Positions 47,710 through 57,670 of a stretch of DNA of 64,000 bases are shown here, one piece after another; positions within the stretch are counted from its first letter, which is position 1, and every line of letters begins with the position of its first letter. The DNA comes from Thermoplasmata archaeon (lineage in GTDB: Archaea > Thermoplasmatota > Thermoplasmata > Halarchaeoplasmatales > Halarchaeoplasmataceae). Both the position numbers and the translations under genes were made by a program. A model generated the notes under the pieces. The model was not told the DNA's origin. It searched no databases and saw nothing but the letters and a program-made list of their open reading frames with translations. The stretch covers positions 63 to 64,062 of the forward strand of contig PWKY01000076.1 of the NCBI GenBank assembly GCA_003560595.1. The letters run 5' to 3'.

Positions 47710-49098
47710 TCATCCCTCCTGCTTTCCACCTACAGTGGCCGTACATCTCAAATTTGGTCCGCCTCCATCTACTTTAGCTCTCTGGAACTTACCACAGTAA
47801 CCGGCTCCCATCTTGAATTCGAAATTATCGGCAACTGCGTCTATACTTTTAAGCACTTCAAATCCCGAACCCGATATGGAAGCACCGCGTAAAAGTTCTG
47901 TTAGCTCACCATCCTTGATCCGCCAGGCCTTTTGCACACCGAACATGAATTCACCATTGGCATCTGCCTGTCCTCCTTTGGCTCCTTCTAGGTAAAAGCC
48001 CTCTTTAGTCTCCTCTATCAATTCATCAACACCGTGATCACCAGGTTCGATAAAGGTGTTGGTCATACGGATTATTGGGGGATCGGAGTACTCATATGCC
48101 CGGGCATTTCCCCTCGGTTTACCTCCCAAAACAGATGCTATCTCCATGTTATACAGATACTCGTTAAGAACACCTTCTTTGATTATCTCGGTCCTTGTTG
48201 ATAATATACCCTCATCATCCACCGGAGTCCATCCTGCAGCGTGTGGAGTGGCTGTTCCATGATCCACCATAGTTACAAGTTCACTAGCCACCTTTTCGTT
48301 GATTTTACCCTGAGCTATGGAACCGGACTGTACAAAATCGGCCTCAACCGTATGCCCGATCGCCTCATGAGATATCAAACCAACCAGTTCGGGATTGAGT
48401 ACAACAGTAGCTATGTCGCCTTTTGGGTGCTTTGCTTTTAAGAGTTGTTGAGCAGTTTTAACCGCTTTCTGTGCGATATCCTCGGCTGGATCTATTGCGA
48501 AAAGGTCCTTCCATCCACCGGTTATCCCTCTGCTTTCAGAACCCGCCACCTTTTCCCCGTTTGAATCTGCATAAGCGATAGTGTGGAATTCCACCTTCTC
48601 ATCATGTAACGATACCTCGGTACCAAAACTGTTAACGATCAGCTTATCATCTTGGATCTCGTTCCACAGGCATTTGGCTGAATTTATATCTGAGCAAGCC
48701 CTCATATCCTTATCCAATCTTGTTAAAAGGTTCACCTTGTCTTCGATACTGTGATTGGTGACGCTGTCGTTAACCCTAGCTTTAAAGGTTCCATCCACCG
48801 GGGTCATCTCCCCAAAACCTTCAACTCTTTCTTTTTTTCCTTTGGCTGAAAATCGAGCGGCGCATTCGGCACTTTTCATGGTTTTTAGTATATCTTCTTC
48901 CCGGGTCCGACTTGTACTGCTAAAACCCCATGCACCGTCCACTAATACACGTATTCCCACACCGCCATAGGTGGATGAATGTACTTCCTCGGTATCACCC
49001 TTAACCACTTCTATTCTCTTCTGGTCACGAGTGTGATACCTCAACTCGATGTAGTCACCATCGCTTTTTTCAACCAAGCGCAGGAGGATATCTTTCAT
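47710..49098 (-). CDS. tldD: TldD family metalloprotease (copy 2)
   Basis: HEAIGHTVEAD, DDEG, GNARA, RMTNT, GYCGK. Confidence 0.92.
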   Translation of the reverse strand: MKDILLRLVEKSDGDYIELRYHTRDQKRIEVVKGDTEEVHSSTYGGVGIRVLVDGAWGFSSTSRTREEDILKTMKSAECAARFSAKGKKERVEGFGEMTPVDGTFKARVNDSVTNHSIEDKVNLLTRLDKDMRACSDINSAKCLWNEIQDDKLIVNSFGTEVSLHDEKVEFHTIAYADSNGEKVAGSESRGITGGWKDLFAIDPAEDIAQKAVKTAQQLLKAKHPKGDIATVVLNPELVGLISHEAIGHTVEADFVQSGSIAQGKINEKVASELVTMVDHGTATPHAAGWTPVDDEGILSTRTEIIKEGVLNEYLYNMEIASVLGGKPRGNARAYEYSDPPIIRMTNTFIEPGDHGVDELIEETKEGFYLEGAKGGQADANGEFMFGVQKAWRIKDGELTELLRGASISGSGFEVLKSIDAVADNFEFKMGAGYCGKFQRAKVDGGGPNLRCTATVGGKQEG

Positions 49099-49099
49099 C

Positions 49100-50434
49100 T
49101 TACTTACCCGAGATGGTCACATCATTCAATTTGATCGAAGGTACTTCCATCTTTAGGACCGCTGAGCCAATGGCGTAGAATATTTTTTTGTGATCGTCTG
49201 CTAATTCCATAGAATGTAATGATTCCGGAAGATTGCCAGAGACCATCAATCCATCGAGTCTTCCTTTCTTTTCTCCATCTTCAACCAGCCATGCAGGATT
49301 TGCAACCACACTGAAATCTCCACTTGCAGGGTTTGATGTGTGGGCACCCATGACACCATCGACTAGTATGACCCGGCCTTCCATGAGATTGTTTATCTGT
49401 AGATCCTCTCCTCTGATGATGATATTCCTATCACCTATCTGTGGTGGAGATTTGAAGGAGCCTCGTACACCGTTACCGGTGCTTTCAGTATCACTGTTGA
49501 CCGCTTCCTTGAGGTCGTATATGAAATTTGTTAACTTACCTTGGGACACAAAGGAAGTAGAAGAACTTACCACCCCTTCATCATCGAAGGGGAAACTTCC
49601 CATCCCCCAATCAGCAGTTGGGTCGTCCAATATACTCAGGTATTCCGCACCCACTTTATCATCCATACTACCCTGGTAAACAGACTTTCCTTTCCTAACG
49701 TTTTCACCGTTGAACGAAGGTATCAATCCGAAATACAACAACAAACCGATAGATTCGGGGCTCATCACCACGGGTATATTATCGGAAGGTATCGTTTCTT
49801 TATCCCTCATGGAAACGACTTTATCGCCGGCTTTAAGGCCGATTTCCTCAAAATTTACATCGTATTTCCTAGAACTGCCGGCCTCACCTGCCATGAGAGA
49901 AGTTTTATCGCCGGGTATGGTAGCGGCTATCGATCCGTCTATGATGGTGGCATCTTGAACCATGAATACACCCTTAGTGTTACCCACGACTTTTGTACCA
50001 TACCCCAGAGACATCTCTCCTCGGGTCGGGATTATATCGTTATCAACAGAATAAGCTGCATCTATCATCTTCTGAGCTAGATCAGCACCTATTCCTTCTT
50101 CTAACGCATCCTGGACTTTTGGATCGAAGGTCTTGACTGTTACAGCATCCCTTTCACCTGGAAGCGATATACCTATCTTTTTCGAGAGTTTTGACAGTTC
50201 CAGGGCTTTTTTGACCCCTCTCTCCTCCTTCCCGGGTACACAATAGCCAAAGCCGATCCTGCCGTCTTTCAAAACTCGTATACCCAACCCCATATCTTCG
50301 TACTCGGTGCTGTCGGATATCTCTCCGTTCATGATACTGTAAGAAACATTTCTAGATCTGATCCCAAAAACATCTCCTTCCAAACCTTGTTTATTAAGGT
50401 ATTCCAGTGCGACTTTAACGCTTTCTTCGATCAT
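49100..50434 (-). CDS. TldE/PmbA family protein (copy 1)
   Basis: GLGIRV, FDDEG, TGNG, SGDFSV; no HExxH. Confidence 0.88.
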   Translation of the reverse strand: MIEESVKVALEYLNKQGLEGDVFGIRSRNVSYSIMNGEISDSTEYEDMGLGIRVLKDGRIGFGYCVPGKEERGVKKALELSKLSKKIGISLPGERDAVTVKTFDPKVQDALEEGIGADLAQKMIDAAYSVDNDIIPTRGEMSLGYGTKVVGNTKGVFMVQDATIIDGSIAATIPGDKTSLMAGEAGSSRKYDVNFEEIGLKAGDKVVSMRDKETIPSDNIPVVMSPESIGLLLYFGLIPSFNGENVRKGKSVYQGSMDDKVGAEYLSILDDPTADWGMGSFPFDDEGVVSSSTSFVSQGKLTNFIYDLKEAVNSDTESTGNGVRGSFKSPPQIGDRNIIIRGEDLQINNLMEGRVILVDGVMGAHTSNPASGDFSVVANPAWLVEDGEKKGRLDGLMVSGNLPESLHSMELADDHKKIFYAIGSAVLKMEVPSIKLNDVTISGK

Positions 50435-51786
50435 TCTCTACCACCAACCGTAACCTCAGAGATCAGTACATCCGCCCCTCCGTCGGTAACCGAAGCACTT
50501 TGGCCTTTGCCACAGTGCCCGATACCCGTGTCGGTATTATCCGATATACCTACTATGTTCTGAAGTGTTTCCAATGTAAATCCATTAAAACTGACGTTTC
50601 TTAAGGGTTTAACTATCTCACCGTTCTCGATCAGATAAGCCACCTGGGCATTGAACTGGAAGGTACCCTGGGCGGGACTGACTTGACCGCCGCTGGTGGA
50701 TTTGGCATAAATACCTTTATCGATATCCTCGATGAGCTCTTCAAAACTCATTTCACCTGGCTCCATTATCGTATTGCTCATCCTTACCAAAGGCTTAACC
50801 CTGAAGTCCTCGGCCCTTGCGCCTCCGTTGGGCTCCATACCTAACTTCCAAGCGTTCTCTCGATCAAGTATAAAGTCGTTGAGTAATCCATCTTTGACAA
50901 GGACTCTATTTCTGGACCTTGTACCTTCATCGTCGAATGGAAAGCTACCGTATCCGTTCATGGTAGGATCGTCCTTTATGGTCACTATATCTGAAGCCAC
51001 CTGTTCACCTAACTTTCCCTTCAAACAGCTGTTACCACTCGCAACCAGATCCCCTTCCGCCGCATGACCGAAGTCTTCGTGAGAGAAAACACCTGTAAGA
51101 TGTGGATCCATGACCACGGGCATCTTTCCAGAAGGTGGTGTTTTGGCCTCTAACAAAGATTTTAACATCTCGAGAACGATCTCAACATCGTCGTATGCAT
51201 CTTTAGTGAGTTCGAAACCACCGGTGCCTCCTGTAGCTTGGGTGGCCATCTGAACCGTATCACTTTTGCCGGTGATTATCATATAAGTAACCAGTCTAGG
51301 TATCTCCATCTCTATGTATGCACCCTCGCTGGTGATTATCTCCTTTTTTACCAATAGGTCCCTGTACCTTAGATCTGTGGAGTTGACGAAGTCTTTCTTT
51401 AACCAGTCCTCGACATCTGTTAAGAACTCAAGTTTCTCCTCCGGACTTACGTCCATGAAGTTATCCTTCATGGGCATCTTCACTTTTTCTTGCTTTATAT
51501 CGATGTCCGCTAGGCCGGTTTCCTGTTTCCTTAGCTTATGACTGCTCTTAGCCATCTGAAAGGCCCTATCTATCGTTCTATCTAGTATATCCAGATCCGC
51601 AGTACCTACGTATCCCCATCCGTTACCGTAGAGAACCCTCACCATAGCACCTTCCTCCTCCCCCTGAACCACCGTTTCGGGAACTCCGTCTTTTAGATAT
51701 AAAATAGTCCTGTACCACTTCTCTTTCCTTATGTCACAGTACTCAGCGCCCTTATCAACGACGCTTTCTAGCAGCTCTTTAACCAT
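50431..51786 (-). CDS. tldD: TldD family metalloprotease (copy 1)
   Basis: HEDFGHAAEGD, FDDEG, RMSNT, GHCGK. Confidence 0.92.
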   Translation of the reverse strand: MVKELLESVVDKGAEYCDIRKEKWYRTILYLKDGVPETVVQGEEEGAMVRVLYGNGWGYVGTADLDILDRTIDRAFQMAKSSHKLRKQETGLADIDIKQEKVKMPMKDNFMDVSPEEKLEFLTDVEDWLKKDFVNSTDLRYRDLLVKKEIITSEGAYIEMEIPRLVTYMIITGKSDTVQMATQATGGTGGFELTKDAYDDVEIVLEMLKSLLEAKTPPSGKMPVVMDPHLTGVFSHEDFGHAAEGDLVASGNSCLKGKLGEQVASDIVTIKDDPTMNGYGSFPFDDEGTRSRNRVLVKDGLLNDFILDRENAWKLGMEPNGGARAEDFRVKPLVRMSNTIMEPGEMSFEELIEDIDKGIYAKSTSGGQVSPAQGTFQFNAQVAYLIENGEIVKPLRNVSFNGFTLETLQNIVGISDNTDTGIGHCGKGQSASVTDGGADVLISEVTVGGRE

Positions 51787-51838
51787 CGACTCAGTTATAA
51801 TTTAAAAGGATAAAAGACTTTTGACACAAGCAACGAAT

Positions 51839-53005
51839 TCAACGCATCTGTAGGGATGATACCGCCTTCACTACGTCAACGGTCTCTCTTACATCATGAA
51901 CCCTCAATATAGATATGCTCTTTTGTACCGCCACGGCGGCTATACCCAAAGAACCGTAGAGTCTACCTTCAGCTTCCTTTCCCAATATATCACCCAAAAA
52001 ACTCTTTCTAGATGCACCCAACAAAACGGGATAACCCATGGAGTTGAACTCTTCCAAACGAGAGATTATCTCGAGATTGTGTTGAAGTTTTTTACCGAAA
52101 CCTATGCCTGGATCGATGATTATATTGTCCGGCGAAACCCCTGCATCCTCAGCAAGTATCGCCTGTTTATTCAAAAAGCTGTATATCTCACCCATTACAT
52201 CTTCGTACTTTGGATCTTTCTGCATGGTTTCCGGAGTACCCCGCATGTGCATTATCACAACGGGAACGTCCAATACACCGGCGGTCTCCAGCATACCTTC
52301 CGTCCGTAAACCGAATACATCGTTTATCATGGAAGCTCCGGCTTCAACGGCTTTTTCGGCAACTGTAGGTTTGTGGGTGTCCACACTTATGCACACATCC
52401 GTTTTCTCCGAGATAGCTTGGATAACAGGCACGACCCGATCTATCTCTTCCTGTAGGGACGACCTCTCGCTACCTGGTCTGGTACTCTCTCCCCCCACAT
52501 CGATAATATCGGCTCCTTGTTCAACCATCGCTAAGGCCCTCTGGACTGCGAGATCCTTCTCCGAGTATCGACCTCCGTCGTAGAAGCTGTCGGGAGTTAC
52601 ATTTAGGATACCCATTATCCTAGTATCTTCACCTGGAATCGGAGGTTCTTTGGGTTCATCAAAACACTCTAGTGCCTTTCTAACTTCTTTTGAAAGAGAA
52701 GGTAAAGCAAAGGGCTGCTCCTCTAGTTTTCTCAAAACCCTATTGTAGTGAGATATCGTACCCATCATGATAACTTCGCTCGTATCTTCGGTCAAAGAAA
52801 GAGCGGACCACGAAACCGCGGCTTCGCCACCGGCAGCCAAAAATTCCTGCTTTAATATGTTAGCGCCCCGTGGGTCTAATCCTGTGGCTCGAACCAAGCG
52901 ATACCTTCCTTTGGGGGACATTATCTCCACGCCCCGAGGATCACAGCCCATCCTGTCCAGTTCGTTTTCGATATCTTTTAGCGAGAGCACCCTAGCTTCG
53001 AACAT
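51839..53005 (-). CDS. folP: Dihydropteroate synthase with N-terminal extension
   Basis: MGILNVTPDSFYDGG, DVGGESTRPG, DPGIGFGK, SRKSF, RVHDV. Confidence 0.95.
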   Translation of the reverse strand: MFEARVLSLKDIENELDRMGCDPRGVEIMSPKGRYRLVRATGLDPRGANILKQEFLAAGGEAAVSWSALSLTEDTSEVIMMGTISHYNRVLRKLEEQPFALPSLSKEVRKALECFDEPKEPPIPGEDTRIMGILNVTPDSFYDGGRYSEKDLAVQRALAMVEQGADIIDVGGESTRPGSERSSLQEEIDRVVPVIQAISEKTDVCISVDTHKPTVAEKAVEAGASMINDVFGLRTEGMLETAGVLDVPVVIMHMRGTPETMQKDPKYEDVMGEIYSFLNKQAILAEDAGVSPDNIIIDPGIGFGKKLQHNLEIISRLEEFNSMGYPVLLGASRKSFLGDILGKEAEGRLYGSLGIAAVAVQKSISILRVHDVRETVDVVKAVSSLQMR

Positions 53006-53038
53006 GATGAGGGATAATAGTGGCGGGGGATAAAAAGA

Positions 53039-53581
53039 TTAGTCTTCAAAAATCGCTCCGCAGCCGGGGCAAGTATCCGAATCCTCAAAAACTTCAGCCC
53101 CGCAAAGGGGGCACACGAATTTTATTTCGACTTCATAGTCATCCTGTGGCTCATCGATAAGAGAGGCGAATTTTCTTATGTTGCTTATTATCGATTCTTT
53201 ATCAGTATCTTTTAGCTCGAAGGTCGTATCGTCGACATTCATAAGCATCTCTTCAAGGATAAGCTGATTGACCGCCTCCTGTATGTTTTCACCACACTCG
53301 GGACATTCCTTTTCTTTGATAGACGTAGCAAAACCGCATTCAGGACAATCAACAGTCTTTCCATGTTCCAACTCATGTGTAACTTCTTTACCATCTTCAG
53401 AAACCACTGATGCATATGCGATCCTATTGCTTTCTTTTACGGGTTCATCCTTATTTTGAGAGGTTATACCCTTTAATTCTGCATCACATCCACGGCATCT
53501 TTCATCCGAAGATGATATGGAAGAGCCGCATCTAGGGCAATCTTCGGGTCCCTTGTTTTTAGTTTCATCATCTGAATTCAT
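53039..53581 (-). CDS. Acidic protein with three double-zinc-ribbon motifs
   Basis: CPRCG...CRGC, CPECG...CPECG, CPLCG...CPGCG. Confidence 0.8.
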   Translation of the reverse strand: MNSDDETKNKGPEDCPRCGSSISSSDERCRGCDAELKGITSQNKDEPVKESNRIAYASVVSEDGKEVTHELEHGKTVDCPECGFATSIKEKECPECGENIQEAVNQLILEEMLMNVDDTTFELKDTDKESIISNIRKFASLIDEPQDDYEVEIKFVCPLCGAEVFEDSDTCPGCGAIFED

Positions 53582-53623
53582 GAGACTTCGTAACTATTCC
53601 CAACAGAAGGGTTGATTAAAAAT

Positions 53624-54604
53624 TTACCCCTTGAAGATAGGGCGCTGCACACCCTCTTTAGAAACGTAAACCATCTCTTCATCTTTTTCGTCCAGTCCTT
53701 CTTTTGCCTGTATAAAGCCGCGCATCCGTACATTGAAAAGATCGATATGATGCAGAGCCACCGCCTCTTCCATCCTAGGACTCCTTGCACTTCCCCACTC
53801 ATAGTCTCCATGATGAGAAAGTATGATGTGAGAAAGTTTAAGCATCTGTTCTTCAGACAATCCTTCAATTTTTAAAGCACGTTCTCTTACTATCCTCTCG
53901 CACAGAACTGTATGACCTATCAGTCTGGCCTCGGTGGTTAGCTCTATCGAGGTGAAATGATCGTACTCAAAAACCTTACCAAAGTCGTGGATGATAGCTG
54001 CGGTCAAGAGCAGGTCCTTATCAAGTTCAGGATATATCTTCACAGTACTCAAAGCCATCTTGACATCGTCTAAAGTATGTTCCAATAATCCACCAAGGTA
54101 ATTATTACTGTAACTTTTGCTGTAAGGGCTCTTTTTGAAGGAAGTGACGAATTCTTCGTCTTCAAGGAAGGATTTTACAAGAGAACAGAGTGCATGATCC
54201 TCTATTTCGTTAGCATGCTCCATCAACTCATTGAACATCTCGTCCACGTTACCTTTAGTGGTGGGTATATATTCAGCGGGATCTACGGAAGAAATATCCG
54301 CCCGACGAAGTTTATGGAATTCATCCGGGCTAACGGATAACTGAAGATCTCCCCTATAAGTTGTCACCGTTCCATCGATCTCCAGCACATCTCCGATGTC
54401 GATACGTGAATAAAAATCTTCGACAATATCTTTATCAGTTCCTCCCCAATACACCATAGGTATGTCTCCGGTACGGTCCCCCACCTTCAATCTAAAAAAC
54501 CAGCCACGAGTATACTCCTTAGGAGGCATTTTGTTCCTAACTGCAAACCTATCTTTTATGTTCTGACCTTCTGACAAATCCTCTACATACGTTTTCTTTT
54601 CCAA
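53624..54604 (-). CDS. OB-fold + HD-domain 3'-5' exoribonuclease (YhaM/Cbf1-like)
   Basis: GDRTG OB fold, GGLLEH, IIHDFGK, IGH, ILSHHG; TTG start. Confidence 0.88.
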   Translation of the reverse strand: MEKKTYVEDLSEGQNIKDRFAVRNKMPPKEYTRGWFFRLKVGDRTGDIPMVYWGGTDKDIVEDFYSRIDIGDVLEIDGTVTTYRGDLQLSVSPDEFHKLRRADISSVDPAEYIPTTKGNVDEMFNELMEHANEIEDHALCSLVKSFLEDEEFVTSFKKSPYSKSYSNNYLGGLLEHTLDDVKMALSTVKIYPELDKDLLLTAAIIHDFGKVFEYDHFTSIELTTEARLIGHTVLCERIVRERALKIEGLSEEQMLKLSHIILSHHGDYEWGSARSPRMEEAVALHHIDLFNVRMRGFIQAKEGLDEKDEEMVYVSKEGVQRPIFKG

Positions 54605-54655
54605 ACTACCACGACTCGGCTTAATTCCAAAGAGATATATAAGTTTGACCGGTGT

Positions 54656-55609
54656 TTAGACTTCCACTTCTAAGCCTAGTTCTTCCACCAATTCCTTGTA
54701 CCTATTCCTCACGGTTACCTCTGTTACTGCGGCGACGTCAGCAACCTCTCGTTGTGTGCGCCTCTGATTCTCTTGTATAGATGAAATGTATATGGAAGCG
54801 GCGGCTAGGCCTGTAGGACCCTTGCCCGATATGAGTTCCTTCTTTTCAGCCATTTTTATGATCTCATCAGCCTTCCTTTGAACCTTACCAGATAGACCAA
54901 GCTCACTGCAGAAACGGCCCAGATATTCTTCTGGACGTGTTGGTTTTAGCTTCAAAACCAACTCACGACTTAAGAATCGATATGTTCTACCTATCTCCTT
55001 CCTATCTGATGAAGTGGCCTCGGCTATTTCATCAAGGGTACGTGGTACGTTAGCCTTCCTGCATGCGGCATAAAGTGATGCGGCGACTACACTGTTTATA
55101 CTCCTTCCTCGGATCAGATTCTTTTTAACGGCGTTCCTGTAGATGACGGCGGCACTCTCACGTATGTTCTTGGGAAGTCCCATGGTTGAAGCCATCCTAT
55201 CCAGCTCTGTTAGTGCATAAGCTAGATTTCTTTCTGTTGCGTCAGATACCCTGATCCTCCTCTGCCACTTCCTTAAACGATATATCTGTGCCTTCTTTTT
55301 ACTGGGTATAGATCTGCCGTATGAATCTCTGTTTGATTGATCTATACCGGTGGAAAGACCTTTGTCATGTACCATCTGAGTCATAGGTGCACCTGTACGA
55401 GCCCGACTCTGTTCCTGCTGCATATCGAAAGCCCTCCATTCAGGCCCCTCGTCTACGTATTGATCATCGACTACGAGTCCGCATTCCTCGCACACTAATT
55501 CTCCCCGATCATAATCCTGGGCAAGATGCCTACTATTGCACTCAGGACATTCTTCTATTTTTTCTATTCTTTCGTGTTTGCGGCCCACAACATCTGTATC
55601 TTCATTCAT
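54656..55609 (-). CDS. tfb: Transcription initiation factor IIB
   Basis: CPEC..CEECG zinc ribbon, [31 protein letters not shown]. Confidence 0.98.
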   Translation of the reverse strand: MNEDTDVVGRKHERIEKIEECPECNSRHLAQDYDRGELVCEECGLVVDDQYVDEGPEWRAFDMQQEQSRARTGAPMTQMVHDKGLSTGIDQSNRDSYGRSIPSKKKAQIYRLRKWQRRIRVSDATERNLAYALTELDRMASTMGLPKNIRESAAVIYRNAVKKNLIRGRSINSVVAASLYAACRKANVPRTLDEIAEATSSDRKEIGRTYRFLSRELVLKLKPTRPEEYLGRFCSELGLSGKVQRKADEIIKMAEKKELISGKGPTGLAAASIYISSIQENQRRTQREVADVAAVTEVTVRNRYKELVEELGLEVEV

Positions 55610-55844
55610 TTTTCTCTTCCTCCACGAATACCGACCGACCGATCATTGCAAGAGGACGTAGGATCTTTTGCTTGGGTGTGATCTCGATGTATGGTGAGTC
55701 AACTGGACCAAACACCCATGATACCTTGCCAATCTCTTTTCTTTTTACATCCAGAACTACAGAATGTTTAGGGATGTAAGTGGGGAAACGTGCGACAATG
55801 TCCCCTCTATTTGAGATTGTGTGGACTTTTCCTTCTATTCGCAA
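55602..55844 (-). CDS. gar1: Gar1/Naf1-like H/ACA RNP protein
   Basis: [15 protein letters not shown]; conserved gar1-tfb linkage; TTG start with GGAGG SD. Confidence 0.85.
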   Translation of the reverse strand: MRIEGKVHTISNRGDIVARFPTYIPKHSVVLDVKRKEIGKVSWVFGPVDSPYIEITPKQKILRPLAMIGRSVFVEEEKNE

Positions 55845-55907
55845 GTTTTTCTAACCTCCAAATGATGGTAGCGGTTCTTCAGCTTAATCCCATAAGTGAG
55901 GTGATAC

Positions 55908-55922
55908 TATATAAACCTTTCG
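55908..55922 (-). promoter_or_regulatory. BRE-TATA promoter for gar1-tfb
   Basis: Minus strand CGAAAGG-TTTATATA. Confidence 0.65.
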
Positions 55923-55965
55923 AAAAACTTTATTAGATAGTCGATTTCATGTAAAATAAAGCTTT

Positions 55966-56841
55966 CTACAACATGTGCATAATTGGATTCCCTATCAAAA
56001 AGGAAAGTATGAACCCCATAAACATCAACACTATGAAGGGGATCTTCGGTGTGACCCATATCATCTCATCCGATGGTAAAGAATCATATATATTCTCACC
56101 CTCGTCCATAGGTCTCAATCTTATCTTACGCTTGCCATCTTCTAAGTATTCCATAGGCCAAACGAATGATTTTTTTGCCGAAGCAATATCTGTTTTGTAA
56201 CCGAAAAACATCTGTGGAAAACCGATGTTTCCGTTTTTTAAATTTATAAATAAATAAGCAACCGGTAAAACTAAAGCGATCAAAGATGAATTCAGTAATA
56301 TAACGAAGGCGAATGGAAAGAGCGGCTGCATGGCAGTGACTATCTGTTGATCGGCTCCATGATCGGTGATACCTTTCAGGTAGGGATAATAAGGCAACAA
56401 TATAGCCAAAGCTAGAACAGCTTTTGCATCGGCACCTCCATGTAAAACATAAAAATAATACAAAATGAAGGTGACCAGCATCATGACAGGTATAGCTACC
56501 AATGGCCATATATCTGGATCGGAAAAGGAAGTGGACATCAGATAGGCCATGGGGATGATAGGTACGAAGAACCACAGCAATATCGATGGATTCAATCCAG
56601 ACTCATCATAGATCATGGGTCTATCAACGAATGCTTCGACTAAAAAGAAAACGACAGGTATAAAAATTAAAAAGTACCTTATAGGTGCTTGATCAAGGAT
56701 CAGCTGTACCATCAATATGACGATAGCTATAAATGACATTGCTATCCACAACTCATCTGGTACCCTGCGAGTTTTAATATCTAGCAAAGCTGCGATTAAC
56801 AGAAATATGAATCCTACGATGAATCTAGCTATGGAATACAT
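55966..56841 (-). CDS. A24 prepilin/prearchaellin peptidase (FlaK/PibD-like)
   Basis: LLDIKTRRVPD, GGADAK catalytic Asp motifs, WVTPKIPF; multiple TM helices. Confidence 0.9.
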   Translation of the reverse strand: MYSIARFIVGFIFLLIAALLDIKTRRVPDELWIAMSFIAIVILMVQLILDQAPIRYFLIFIPVVFFLVEAFVDRPMIYDESGLNPSILLWFFVPIIPMAYLMSTSFSDPDIWPLVAIPVMMLVTFILYYFYVLHGGADAKAVLALAILLPYYPYLKGITDHGADQQIVTAMQPLFPFAFVILLNSSLIALVLPVAYLFINLKNGNIGFPQMFFGYKTDIASAKKSFVWPMEYLEDGKRKIRLRPMDEGENIYDSLPSDEMIWVTPKIPFIVLMFMGFILSFLIGNPIMHML

Positions 56842-56842
56842 A

Positions 56843-57667
56843 CTATCTTTTTATATTCAGGGATACGTCGGCTGCTTTTACCGAGTGTGTGAGGGATCCT
56901 GAGGATATAACATCTGCGTATTCAGCATAATCTTGAACATTATATTCATCGATACCTCCGGATATCTCCACGATTATCTTCTCATCTATCTCTTTGATTT
57001 TTTTATAAGCCTTTTCCACCGTTGTCGGAGACATGTTATCGAGCATTATTATGTCCGCTCCTATTTTTGATGCGGTGATGGCTCCTTCTACGTCGGTTAC
57101 CTCAACATCTATCTTTTTGGAAAAGGAAGCTTTCTTTGCCCTTTGGATGGCTTCCTTCAATCCTCCGGCCAGTGATATATGATTATCTTTTATCAGCACC
57201 ATATCATCCAGTGCCATCCTATGAGGGTCTCCACCTCCATCTTCTACTGCTTTTTTTTCAAAGTATCTGAAGCCGGGTGTGGTTTTCCGTGTGCATGCTA
57301 TAACCGTATCTCCAGCTAAGTTCTTCATCTTACGAACCTTGGTGGCGATACCGCACATCCTCATCAAGATGTTCAAGGCCGTCCGTTCTATCCCCAATAT
57401 AGTAGACGCTTTACCTTTTAACTCTAAAAGTACATCACCTTTTTTTACGATATTTCCAGAGGTGAAATTGCTTTTAACATCTACCCCATGACTTTCAAAG
57501 AAGAAAGTGATCTCAGTAACTCCACTCAGTACGAAGTCGTCCTTGGCTTCGATGAGCGCTTCAACTGTTCGATCGTCCTTTACACATAGGCGGGTTGTTA
57601 GATCTCCAAAGCCCAGGTCCTCCTCCAGATATCTGTCAAAATGCTGTTTTAAAAGCCATCCTTCCAT
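56843..57667 (-). CDS. nadC: Nicotinate-nucleotide diphosphorylase (carboxylating)
   Basis: EEDLGFGDLTT, ERTALN, TRKTTPG, IKDNH, IMLDN, EISGGI. Confidence 0.96.
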   Translation of the reverse strand: MEGWLLKQHFDRYLEEDLGFGDLTTRLCVKDDRTVEALIEAKDDFVLSGVTEITFFFESHGVDVKSNFTSGNIVKKGDVLLELKGKASTILGIERTALNILMRMCGIATKVRKMKNLAGDTVIACTRKTTPGFRYFEKKAVEDGGGDPHRMALDDMVLIKDNHISLAGGLKEAIQRAKKASFSKKIDVEVTDVEGAITASKIGADIIMLDNMSPTTVEKAYKKIKEIDEKIIVEISGGIDEYNVQDYAEYADVISSGSLTHSVKAADVSLNIKR

Positions 57668-57670
57668 AGA

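Noticed and set aside
55876..55893. Four-codon uORF (MGLS) in the gar1-tfb leader
   Set aside because: Too short, its ATG is probably upstream of or at the expected TSS, and there is no informative codon bias.
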